In this document: positions 36,091-45,151 of the stretch, piece after piece
How the letters are laid out: each line of letters starts with the position of its first letter
Numbering within the stretch: the first letter of the stretch is position 1
Source: Dysgonamonadaceae bacterium
GTDB taxonomy: Bacteria > Bacteroidota > Bacteroidia > Bacteroidales > Azobacteroidaceae
Direction of reading: 5' to 3'
NCBI GenBank assembly: GCA_031259075.1
Contig: JAIRLY010000059.1
Coordinates: forward strand, 1 to 49,521
Length of the DNA: 49,521 nucleotides
Translations under genes and position numbers: made by a program
The notes under the pieces: generated by a model
Database searches by the model: none
What the model saw: the letters and a program-made list of their open reading frames with translations, nothing else
Told to the model about the DNA's origin: nothing

Positions 36091-37822
36091 TGCCGCGCAA
36101 CGGCAAATCGACGGTTATCCTCTGGCGAATTTCGGCTTGACGGTAAATGCCTCAGCCGACGGTTCCATGTTCGGCGATGTACTGCAAAACACCGGTGTGC
36201 TCGGCGAATGGCTGATGGAAAAAGGCAGTGTGCAATTTTCCATTGAAAAACAAGGCAAAACCCATTCTTTTTCCGGTTTTGCAGAGAAAAACATAGAAAG
36301 GAAATTCCCTTTTGTGCGAGGCAGTTATGCCCAATCGCCGTTGATACAATCGGAAATGAAAACGCTGGCTTTTTGTCCCTTGGCAGTGGAAGATGTAGAA
36401 ACGTCGGCGTTGCCGGTGATTATGCTTGAAATAAATTTCAAAAATTCAGGCAACAAAACGGATGAGTTTTCAATAGACATTCTTTCCGATTCAGTTGCTT
36501 TCGGCAATAATTTCGCGTTGAGCGCTTCCGAAAAATTGATTTTAAAAAGCAATAAAATTTCTATTCCGCTAAAACTGTGGCCCGGCGAAGAAAAAAACCT
36601 CCGTCTTTCGATCGCTTTTTACGACGCCGAATGGATTACGGCAAAAAAGTATTCCACGGCAAAAGAAATTGCAAATCAGGCTTCCGAAAATTGGGACCAT
36701 TTGCTTGTCAAAACCCAACAGTTTGAAAACCGGCTTCCTGAAACCGACGATGCGGAACTCGACGAATACCTGCGCTGGTACATGATTCCAGCCGTTTCGC
36801 TTACGCGCATTACTAAAAACGGTGACGTGTTGACAATGGGTTACAGCGAACTCAATCAGCGCGACAGCTACTGGACCTCGTGGCTGCATTTGGTTTTTTA
36901 TAAGGATCTGGAAAAGAGAATGATAGAGGAAAGTATTGAGTGGATGCAGCCTTCGGGCAAAATCCCTACCACCATTTTGCCGTTGATTGAGCGCGAAGAC
37001 GATTTGGATATAAACGCATTTTTCATTCTCAGGGCTTGGCGCTACTTCCAACATCACCGGGATAAAGAAGCGTTGGCTGTCTGGTGGGAACCCTTGCAAA
37101 AAGCGATGGATTGGCTTATTTCGCGCGATACAAACAACAGGGGAGCGCCTGTGCAAATTTCGTTCTGGGGCGACTGGAAAGATGTTCCGGGCATTGAAGG
37201 CAGAATTTATTCGCCCTTTTCAGTGATGACTTACCTCGCTTCGCTCGACCGGATGGCGGAAATGGCAAACACGCTTGGCGATGCGCAAGCACTTGAACGG
37301 TATAAACTTGCTTACGAAAAAGGCGAAAAATTCATGAATAAACCCACCAGCGAAGGCGGTATGTGGAACGGCAATTATTATTGCCAGATTTGGAACGACG
37401 GCAGTGTGAACGACCGTCTGTTGCAAGACCAGATGATTGGCGTTTTCTACGGCGTCGTACCTTGCGATCGCGCCGAAAAAATCGTCGAAACGCTCAATAA
37501 ACAAAGTCTTACCCAGTGGGGAATTGCCGAAACAACGCCTTATTATCCTGCCGAATGGGGTTACGAAGAAGCAACTTACCACAACGGTGGCGTATGGCCA
37601 TGGCTTTCGTTTATGGACTGCTGGGCGCGGCTCAAAATGGGACGAAGGGACGAGGCGATTTCGCTTATCAAGCGCGTAGCGAAAGCCGATTTAATAGACT
37701 CGGACGATTGGTCGCCCAACGAGCATATTAACAGCCTGACCGGCGAAAACCTCGGCTATCATATTCAAGGTTGGAACGCGGGATTGTTCGGATTAATATA
37801 CTTTGGAGAATCGGGAATGTAA
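36014..37822 (+). CDS. Six-hairpin (alpha/alpha)6 glycosidase, GH116/GDE_C-like
   Basis: NQRDSYW, WGDWKD, YHNGGVWPW, WSPNEH, QGWNAG; start ATG 36014 (35993 also in frame). Confidence 0.75.
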   Translation: MQNTKCRCFILLHFTFYVLHSTFCISAAQRQIDGYPLANFGLTVNASADGSMFGDVLQNTGVLGEWLMEKGSVQFSIEKQGKTHSFSGFAEKNIERKFPFVRGSYAQSPLIQSEMKTLAFCPLAVEDVETSALPVIMLEINFKNSGNKTDEFSIDILSDSVAFGNNFALSASEKLILKSNKISIPLKLWPGEEKNLRLSIAFYDAEWITAKKYSTAKEIANQASENWDHLLVKTQQFENRLPETDDAELDEYLRWYMIPAVSLTRITKNGDVLTMGYSELNQRDSYWTSWLHLVFYKDLEKRMIEESIEWMQPSGKIPTTILPLIEREDDLDINAFFILRAWRYFQHHRDKEALAVWWEPLQKAMDWLISRDTNNRGAPVQISFWGDWKDVPGIEGRIYSPFSVMTYLASLDRMAEMANTLGDAQALERYKLAYEKGEKFMNKPTSEGGMWNGNYYCQIWNDGSVNDRLLQDQMIGVFYGVVPCDRAEKIVETLNKQSLTQWGIAETTPYYPAEWGYEEATYHNGGVWPWLSFMDCWARLKMGRRDEAISLIKRVAKADLIDSDDWSPNEHINSLTGENLGYHIQGWNAGLFGLIYFGESGM

Positions 37823-38046
37823 AAGTGTCTGTCTTTCACTAAAAAAAGTTGATTCACAAAAGAGTTAAAGATGTATTTATACACAAAAAAACATTCATTT
37901 ATGCCTTGTTATCATCCGCTTTTTTAGGGATTAACAAAAGAAATTTTTTGTACATTTGTATTAAAATAAAACTGAAAGAAAAGATTTAGATAAAAATCGT
38001 CTGAAAATTTTAAGCTGTTCCTTGTATCAAAGTCAAGAGAAAATTT

Positions 38047-38655
38047 ATGATACAAATATACGATACAATCATCAGTACAGATATTTTGGAAGAATCCTTT
38101 TTATGTGATTTATCCGCATGCAAAGGCATTTGTTGTGTAGAAGGTGAATCCGGAGCGCCGGTTGAAAAGGAAGAAATCGCAGCATTAGAGGCCGTTTTAC
38201 CTGTCGTTTGGAACGATTTATCTCCTGCCGCCCGGGAAATCATACAAAAACAGGGAGTCGTTTACTTGGACGAAGACGGAGAATATGTTACATCCATTGT
38301 CGACGGAAAAGATTGTGTTTTTACCTATTACGATGAACAGGGATATTGCAAATGCGCTCTTGAAAAAGCTTGCCGAGAAAAAAAAAGCAATTTCTACAAA
38401 CCGGTTTCCTGCCATTTATATCCTGTCCGAGTTGCTCAATACAAAGGATTTCGCGCCGTTAATTACCATCAATGGAGCGTTTGCCAAGCAGCTAAAATAT
38501 TAGGAAAAAAAGAAAACATCAAAATATATCAATTCCTGAAAGAACCCTTGATACGTAAATTCGGCGAAGAATGGTATAAGCATTTGTGTCAAGTCGCATG
38601 GGAATACACAAAAGACGAACGAGGAGCATTAGGATGCACCGGTGAAGAGTATTAG
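38047..38655 (+). CDS. DUF3109-like cysteine-rich protein
   Basis: FLCDLSACKGICCVEGESGAP, KPVSCHLYPVR, FLKEPLIRKFGEEWY; promoter TACATTTG at 37951-37958. Confidence 0.85.
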   Translation: MIQIYDTIISTDILEESFLCDLSACKGICCVEGESGAPVEKEEIAALEAVLPVVWNDLSPAAREIIQKQGVVYLDEDGEYVTSIVDGKDCVFTYYDEQGYCKCALEKACREKKSNFYKPVSCHLYPVRVAQYKGFRAVNYHQWSVCQAAKILGKKENIKIYQFLKEPLIRKFGEEWYKHLCQVAWEYTKDERGALGCTGEEY

Positions 38656-38673
38656 GATACACCGGTGAAGAAG
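38628..38673 (+). repeat. 23-bp tandem duplication across the stop codon
   Basis: ATTAGGATGCACCGGTGAAGAGT / ATTAGGATACACCGGTGAAGAAG. Confidence 0.85.
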
Positions 38674-38761
38674 CAGAGTAATCGGCAATAATTCATTGTC
38701 ATTTAATTATTTAATGCTACAAAGATAGCAATTGTACGTGAGAGTACGGTCGTAAGCCCAA

Positions 38762-38825
38762 CAGAAGGTGGCCTTGATTTTTATTTCACGCGCTTGGAAA
38801 ACACACGTTTTTTATCTAATTTTGT
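38762..38825 (+). repeat. Dispersed promoter-bearing repeat B, copy 2
   Basis: 62/64 identical to 1-64; TAATTTTG at 38817-38824. Confidence 0.88.
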
Positions 38826-38855
38826 AATTTATTTTATATTACACTTTGTAATAAT

Positions 38856-41800
38856 ATGAGAAAGAAGGGATTGCTATTAGCAGTGATTATTGTTTTATTT
38901 ATATCGTTTCATAAGATATGGGCCGTACCGGCTGTCCCTTGGCCGATAGAAAAAATGCAACCGGATGGGACAAAAATAACCGTTTATTTGAAAGGCGATG
39001 AAAAGGTGCATTGGATGGAATCGCCCGACGGATATACTTTAATGTATGATTCCCAAAAAAAGATTGTGTATGCGGAACTGAATGTCGACGGCAATATAGC
39101 GCCTTCTAAAATGATATTCAGGGGAGATGCGTCGTTTACCCCGTCTGCGGAAAACATTAAAAAAGGCTTGCGTTACAGTCCCGCACAAGTGAAAATGCTT
39201 AAGCAAATCTGGGAAATAGATAATCCGGGAATGCAAAAAATGTCCGCTCAACGAACTGTATCCGAACCGGTTACAGGCAATAAAAAGGCGCTTTGCATAT
39301 TAGCCGGTTTCAATGATAAGGCGTTTTCCAAAACCGTGACGGATTTTAAAGCGCTGATGAATCAAGAAGGTTATAGCGCAAATGGCGCCAAAGGAAGCGT
39401 TCAAGATTTTTATAAGGAAAATTCATACGGAAAAATGACTTTAATGGTTACGGTAGTAGGGCCTTATACTCTCCCTCAATCTACGTCTTATTATGGGAAG
39501 GAGAGCAACTATCAAAGTTTTGCTTCCGAAGCAATTCAAATGGCGAACGCCGATGTGGATTTTGCCGAATACGCGAATACCAATAACGAATTAGAAACTT
39601 TCCATATCATTTTTGCGGGTTATGGAGATGAAAATATTAATAACGAGCAACAAATCTGGTCGCATAAATGGCAACTCAAAACGCCTCTTTTATTAGATGG
39701 CGTTTATATTTCCGTTTATTCCTGTTCACCGGAATTAAGAGGAAGCAGCGGCAGTACGATAACGGCGATTGGAGTTGTATGTCATGAATTAGGACATGTT
39801 TTCGGCGCTCCGGACTATTACGATACTGATTACGAAGAGTCCGGCGGAAATTATCCCGGAACCGGAAAATGGGATTTGATGGCTAGCGGAAGTTGGAACG
39901 GCAATGGAGTTACTCCAGCCCATATCAATATGTTCCAAAAAATACAGTATGGTTGGGTAAATCCGGAATCTTTAGAGACGTACAGACAAATAAACAATAT
40001 GCCCAATGCCGCCCAAAATCCGGTAGCCTATACCATTGAAGCCAATGCAAACGGAGAAATGTATGTGCTGGAAAATCGGCAGAAAGTCGGATTTGATACG
40101 GGATTACCCGGACACGGATTATTGATTTACCATGCGCACAAAGACATTCTCCAAACAGCGTATCAGCTCAATATAACGCATCCCCAAAAATTATATGTTG
40201 TAAGCGCTTCCGCCACTACTGCAATTCCCGATGCAACTCCGAGTTCGTATGGAAGCATCAATTCGGAAGGAGCTCCCTTTCCCGGAACTTCAAACAAAAC
40301 GGCTTTTACGGATTATACTACGCCGCAAGCTTTTTCATGGGAAAATCTGCAAGGAATAGACAAACCGGTCACGAATATTTCCGAAACGGACGGTAAAATC
40401 GCTTTTACGTTTCTGGAAAAGTTGAATCCTGTGAACGATCTTCATGCGGAAATCATAAACGACGCCACCGTAAAATTGACATGGACAATCTCTACTTCGT
40501 CCGAAGTAACTCAATATAAAATTTACCGGAACGACATTTTGCAATACACCCTATCGGGAAAGACAAATACAACTTATTCGCAATGGAATGTTCCCAACGG
40601 CGACTATCAATACTGCGTAGTTGCAAGTAATGGAATATTGGATTCGGACAAAGCCTGTACAAACGTGAAAATAACGGAAAGTACCAACGGCTCGTGTCAA
40701 ACGATTAGCAACTTGAAAGCAAAAACTAATTCGGGTAAGATCCTACTTACATGGGACGCCCCGCAAAGCGAAAGCGTTACCGGATATAAAGTTTTTAGAA
40801 ATGGGAACGAAACAGCAACGATAAATGCGACTACTTATACGGACGAAACGGCTGAACTGTCGGTAACTTACGTCTATTGCGTTTCTGCCGAATATGCAGA
40901 CTGTTCGTCCGAAACGGTTTGTATAGAGGTGACGACAAAGAATCCGTATAATCCGGCGGAAAATTTGACATTGGCGGTTTCCGGTACCGAAGGCGATGAT
41001 GTAATATTAAACTGGACAGATCCTTATCAGGGAGGTTGGATGGATTATGGGGATCTTCCAAAGCAGTTCTACGGTTTTAATGGAAGCTACAAGGATTATA
41101 CAATGGCTGTCCGGTGGACTTCGGACGATTTGAAACGGATGGGTAATTGCCGGTTGACGCAAGTAAAATTCTATTCGCATAACACAACTCCGAACAATAG
41201 CCATTTGTATGTTCAAGTATGGTCGGGCGGAACGGGAATCGCGCCGGAGACTTTATTAGTGGATGAGGAACTTAGCTCTTACATCGCCGGTGATTATTAT
41301 ACTCACTCCTTACCGACTCCTCTTGATATAGACATCAATCAAGAGTTGTGGATAGGTCTGCGAGCGGTACAAACCGGTTCTGAGAATATTTATCCTTTAG
41401 TAACAACGAACTCTCCAACAGTAAATGAAAAGGGCAATCTGATTTATTTGCCCGGTTCCGGTTGGTTGACCTCCTCAGAGTTTAATATAGATGCTAACTG
41501 GTATTTGTGCGGCCACATTGAGTTGAAATCCGCATTGAATGGGTATGAAATTTCCCGCGACGGAGTGAAAATACAAGACGTAAATTCAAGTTCGCTCACT
41601 TATACGGATGTAAATCCGGGAACCGGTATACACGATTATTGCGTAACAGCGACCTACACCGACGGAAAGTCGGATCCGGTTTGTGGCAATATAGCTATTA
41701 ACTTATTCATTTGGAAAGGTTTGACTACCGAATGGAACAATACGGACAATTGGAGTTCAGGACGTATCCCGACAGCAAAAACGCATGTCCATATTCCGAA

Positions 41801-42722
41801 AAACGTTCCGAATTTTCCAATTCTTACCCAAAATAAAGCCAATAATATTTGTAGTGAAATCTTTTTCGAACCTGGCGCCGAAATTGGCCGTCAGGATTTG
41901 CTGACCTATAGCAAGGCTCACATACAATTGGATTTGTCTTCCGGCGGATTGGCCCGCAACCAATGGCATTTATTATCCATGCCGTTGGATAAAGTATACA
42001 GCGGCGATTTCAATTTCGGCGGTTATCCTTATGTTTTTCTGCGGAAATTTATATTGATAACCGGCAATAATTCCATTGCAAAAGCAGGTTGGGAATCGTT
42101 CAGGAACAACAAGGAACTACTGTCTGTCGGCGAAGGATTTGCTTTGTGGATAAACGGCGATGACGGCGTTACGAAAGGAAAAAAAGACGCCGGCGAAGGT
42201 ATAGACCCTTTGATTGGCCCCGAAAAGCGGCAGTACGGTCTATATCAAGTAAACGGAATCCTTGATTTGCCTTATTTTGAAGATGAAAAACAGAGCAGCG
42301 CACACCGGATTCACAAATATGAGGCCGAAAAGAGTACGTTTTATCCTTTCTTTCCTGAAGCCGATCATTTGCCTTTGCGGAACCATCCCGCATCGGTCAT
42401 GCGGGGCAACGACGCTTATCAATTAGTCAATACCAACCAAGTAGAAATTCCGTTGGTATTCGGTGAAGACAGCGGGCGATATTTCGCTTTAGTGGGCAAC
42501 CCGTTCATGACTTCCATTGATTTCGATAAATTGTATAACGATAATAAGGCGAAAATAAAATCCTCTTACCGGATCTGGACGGGAGCGGAATTTGTTGAAT
42601 ATAACGCAGGTAATCCGGGAGAGAAGTACATAGCGCCCATGCAGGCGTTTTTTGTCGAAAAAGAAGATTCCTGTCAAGAGAACGAAAAATTAGTGTTTAA
42701 TATTACCTCAATTTCAAAATGA
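38856..42722 (+). CDS. M6 family (immune inhibitor A-like) metalloprotease with FN3-like repeats
   Basis: AVPA..QPDG...GDE propeptide, GSVQDFYKENSYG, HELGHVFGAPDYYD, WDLMASGSWN, ENRQ..GFD..LPGHGLLIYH; repeated LTW..YKIYRN..Y.YCV. Confidence 0.9.
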   Translation: MRKKGLLLAVIIVLFISFHKIWAVPAVPWPIEKMQPDGTKITVYLKGDEKVHWMESPDGYTLMYDSQKKIVYAELNVDGNIAPSKMIFRGDASFTPSAENIKKGLRYSPAQVKMLKQIWEIDNPGMQKMSAQRTVSEPVTGNKKALCILAGFNDKAFSKTVTDFKALMNQEGYSANGAKGSVQDFYKENSYGKMTLMVTVVGPYTLPQSTSYYGKESNYQSFASEAIQMANADVDFAEYANTNNELETFHIIFAGYGDENINNEQQIWSHKWQLKTPLLLDGVYISVYSCSPELRGSSGSTITAIGVVCHELGHVFGAPDYYDTDYEESGGNYPGTGKWDLMASGSWNGNGVTPAHINMFQKIQYGWVNPESLETYRQINNMPNAAQNPVAYTIEANANGEMYVLENRQKVGFDTGLPGHGLLIYHAHKDILQTAYQLNITHPQKLYVVSASATTAIPDATPSSYGSINSEGAPFPGTSNKTAFTDYTTPQAFSWENLQGIDKPVTNISETDGKIAFTFLEKLNPVNDLHAEIINDATVKLTWTISTSSEVTQYKIYRNDILQYTLSGKTNTTYSQWNVPNGDYQYCVVASNGILDSDKACTNVKITESTNGSCQTISNLKAKTNSGKILLTWDAPQSESVTGYKVFRNGNETATINATTYTDETAELSVTYVYCVSAEYADCSSETVCIEVTTKNPYNPAENLTLAVSGTEGDDVILNWTDPYQGGWMDYGDLPKQFYGFNGSYKDYTMAVRWTSDDLKRMGNCRLTQVKFYSHNTTPNNSHLYVQVWSGGTGIAPETLLVDEELSSYIAGDYYTHSLPTPLDIDINQELWIGLRAVQTGSENIYPLVTTNSPTVNEKGNLIYLPGSGWLTSSEFNIDANWYLCGHIELKSALNGYEISRDGVKIQDVNSSSLTYTDVNPGTGIHDYCVTATYTDGKSDPVCGNIAINLFIWKGLTTEWNNTDNWSSGRIPTAKTHVHIPKNVPNFPILTQNKANNICSEIFFEPGAEIGRQDLLTYSKAHIQLDLSSGGLARNQWHLLSMPLDKVYSGDFNFGGYPYVFLRKFILITGNNSIAKAGWESFRNNKELLSVGEGFALWINGDDGVTKGKKDAGEGIDPLIGPEKRQYGLYQVNGILDLPYFEDEKQSSAHRIHKYEAEKSTFYPFFPEADHLPLRNHPASVMRGNDAYQLVNTNQVEIPLVFGEDSGRYFALVGNPFMTSIDFDKLYNDNKAKIKSSYRIWTGAEFVEYNAGNPGEKYIAPMQAFFVEKEDSCQENEKLVFNITSISK

Positions 42723-43105
42723 AAAAAACAGTTTATTTTCTTCTAATCTTTCTGATCGGTGGGGCGGCTACCGTTTGCGGCCAAGTAACCATCGGCAGTA
42801 CGGACGATCCGCATCCGGCGGCTGTTCTGGATTTGCAATCTACAGACAAAGGCTTATTGTTGCCGCGAGTATCGCTGACAGACGTCAATACGTTCCTGCC
42901 GACATCCTCCGATTCTGAAGAGAAAGCCTCTGCGGTCGGTTTGTTGGTGTTCAACGATGGGGCAGCAGTATCTGGATTGGATGCCGGAATCTATATCTGG
43001 ACGGGAAGCAAATGGAAAGCCGTCTTGATCACGGCTAATACAGGCGACGATTTGAGCGATGATCCGAACAAAGTTTCCAATCCCGATGTATTGGGTACGG
43101 AGTGA
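42719..43105 (+). CDS. Small secreted protein (QVTIG...LDL...KGLLLPRV module)
   Basis: Signal peptide and common Bacteroidetes N-terminal module; ATGA overlap with the upstream stop. Confidence 0.75.
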   Translation: MKKTVYFLLIFLIGGAATVCGQVTIGSTDDPHPAAVLDLQSTDKGLLLPRVSLTDVNTFLPTSSDSEEKASAVGLLVFNDGAAVSGLDAGIYIWTGSKWKAVLITANTGDDLSDDPNKVSNPDVLGTE

Positions 43106-43135
43106 AAACGGTCTTTTCAATCTTGTTTTTCTTCT

Positions 43136-43891
43136 TTAGTCTAATGTCTTATAAAACATTCCGAGCGCTTTTTCCAAATCTTCCGGCGTATCAATTCCGA
43201 TCGTTTCTTCCGTCGTGATTCCGGTTTTCAGGATGTATCCGTTTTCAATCCATCGGAGTTGCTCCAGCGATTCGGCTTTTTCCAGTGCGGAAGGAGGCAG
43301 TACGGTAATCTCTTTCAAGACTTCGGAACGGTAAGCGTAAAGGCCGATGTGCTTGTAGTAAGTATGATTTTTCAGCCATTCCGTATGATGCAATCCTCGA
43401 CAGTAAGGAATAACCGATCGGCTAAAATAAACGGCTTGTTGTTTATTGTTAATGATTACTTTGGGCGTATTGGGATTGAAAAGAGTTTCAAAATCATCTT
43501 TTTCGTCGAAAGGTCGGATCAACGTTGCAATTTGTGTTTCTTTTTCTTCAAAACAATTTTTAATCAATTGAATTTGAGAAGGTTTTATAAAAGGTTCGTC
43601 TCCCTGAATATTAACGATTACATCGTAAAACTTATCTAATTTAGTGTAGGCCTCAAAACAGCGATCCGTACCGCTCTTATGATGCGAAGAGGTCATGACA
43701 ACCTTTCCGCCAAAAGACTCAACAGCGGAAAAAATACGTTCATCGTCCGTAGCGACCGTTACATTATCCAGAGCGAGTATCACTTGTTCATAAACGCGCT
43801 GAATCATCGTTTTACCGAACATATCTGCCAATGGTTTTCCGGGAAAACGAGTAGACGCATACCGAGCTGGAATGATTCCTAAAAATGTCAT
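43136..43891 (-). CDS. kdsB: 3-deoxy-manno-octulosonate cytidylyltransferase
   Basis: IPARYASTRFPGKPL, SGTDR, NIQGDEP, KHIGLYAY, ESLEQLRW. Confidence 0.97.
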   Translation of the reverse strand: MTFLGIIPARYASTRFPGKPLADMFGKTMIQRVYEQVILALDNVTVATDDERIFSAVESFGGKVVMTSSHHKSGTDRCFEAYTKLDKFYDVIVNIQGDEPFIKPSQIQLIKNCFEEKETQIATLIRPFDEKDDFETLFNPNTPKVIINNKQQAVYFSRSVIPYCRGLHHTEWLKNHTYYKHIGLYAYRSEVLKEITVLPPSALEKAESLEQLRWIENGYILKTGITTEETIGIDTPEDLEKALGMFYKTLD

Positions 43892-44003
43892 AAATCCTTC
43901 TGTTGTTTAATCTTTTGATATGCTCCTATTGATCTGCATATCTTATCCTTTTTTCTTCTATTCTACTCTGAAACAGTTCCATCAGAATGAAATATTAATA
44001 TAG

Positions 44004-44059
44004 CGGCAAAGATACATGAAATTTTTCAATTCCACACAGACGGATAAAAATAGATAAAA
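44004..44059 (-). repeat. Dispersed promoter-bearing repeat A, copy upstream of kdsB
   Basis: 47/48 identical to 6516-6563; minus-strand TATCTTTG at 44014-44007. Confidence 0.88.
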
Positions 44060-44088
44060 GATAAAAAAGAATTACTTTTGTACACGAG

Positions 44089-44715
44089 ATGGCAAAAATT
44101 CAACAAAATAATTTTTTGAATCGACTCAAAGTCGCTCCGATCACGGAAACTTCCGATGAACTTCTTGCTTTATTGGAACATAAGGAACGATACATTTCGG
44201 TTCTCCGGAAAATGTCGGAACATCGAAAACGCGAATGGCTTTTCGCACGAGTGCTGTTAAAACGTTCGTTGGGAGAAGAAAAAGAAATTGGTTATACCGG
44301 TTTCGGTAAGCCTTATCTTACAGATAAATCTTATCATATCAGCATTAGTCATACAAAAAATTTTGTCGCTGTTGCTTGGAACAAAAAGAAAGAAGTAGCT
44401 ATTGATATCGAACGGATTTCTTCTCGTGTAAAAAATATACGAACTCGTTTTATGAGCGAATTGGAAGAAAATAATCTTTCTAAAGAAAATCCGGTTATTC
44501 ATTTGCTTTTGCATTGGTCGGCCAAAGAAACGCTCTTCAAACTGTTACGTGAAAATGATATTGAATTTAAAACGCAACTTCATATCCTCCCGTTTGAACC
44601 GGTCATCAACGAATGGTCTGATTTTACCGCATACGAAACACGCACAGAAAAACGGCAATCGTATACGGTTTATTATATTGTAACGAAAGATTATGTGCTA
44701 ACGGCAATTGGGTGA
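44089..44715 (+). CDS. 4'-phosphopantetheinyl transferase superfamily protein
   Basis: GKPYL, ISISHT, AIDIE, WSAKETLFK; promoter TACTTTTG at 44073-44080. Confidence 0.9.
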   Translation: MAKIQQNNFLNRLKVAPITETSDELLALLEHKERYISVLRKMSEHRKREWLFARVLLKRSLGEEKEIGYTGFGKPYLTDKSYHISISHTKNFVAVAWNKKKEVAIDIERISSRVKNIRTRFMSELEENNLSKENPVIHLLLHWSAKETLFKLLRENDIEFKTQLHILPFEPVINEWSDFTAYETRTEKRQSYTVYYIVTKDYVLTAIG

Positions 44716-44727
44716 TCGGCAAGAGTA

Positions 44728-45135
44728 TCAAGAGGAAAATTCGTATTTTTCCATAAAATAATCAAAATACTTAAAATCAATTTCAGCCGAAAAAATATAC
44801 GTAGATTCACTTCCTCGCAGTTCGAAATTAACCTCCAGATGTTTATCATTTTTCCACCTTTCTTTTTCATTATCCAAAACATGATTTCGTATAATAAAAA
44901 AGTGAGTGGTTATTTTATCCGGATTATCAAGAATCCATTCCAAAGGCTGATCGGAACTTATCCTGCGCCACGAATTGTCCGGCATCCTGTCCAGATTGAA
45001 ATAAATCGAATGTAAAATACAATCCTTATAAAACTCTTTCGTATTAGGCGAAATGTAATAAATATCGTTGTAATTGTTCATCTTAATTGCACTTAAATAA
45101 CTGTCTGAAATAATACCAAAATAAGTAATCGACAA
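44728..45135 (-). CDS. Hypothetical protein or gene fragment
   Basis: 135-codon AT-rich ORF with TTG start filling the gap behind mazG; no recognisable motif. Confidence 0.45.
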   Translation of the reverse strand: MSITYFGIISDSYLSAIKMNNYNDIYYISPNTKEFYKDCILHSIYFNLDRMPDNSWRRISSDQPLEWILDNPDKITTHFFIIRNHVLDNEKERWKNDKHLEVNFELRGSESTYIFSAEIDFKYFDYFMEKYEFSS

Positions 45136-45151
45136 TAAATCCGTTATACGT

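Noticed and set aside
1-38825. 38.8-kb integrative element bounded by repeat B as attL/attR
   Set aside because: The interval contains core genes (ruvA, nadC) and no integrase; the repeat behaves like an upstream promoter element
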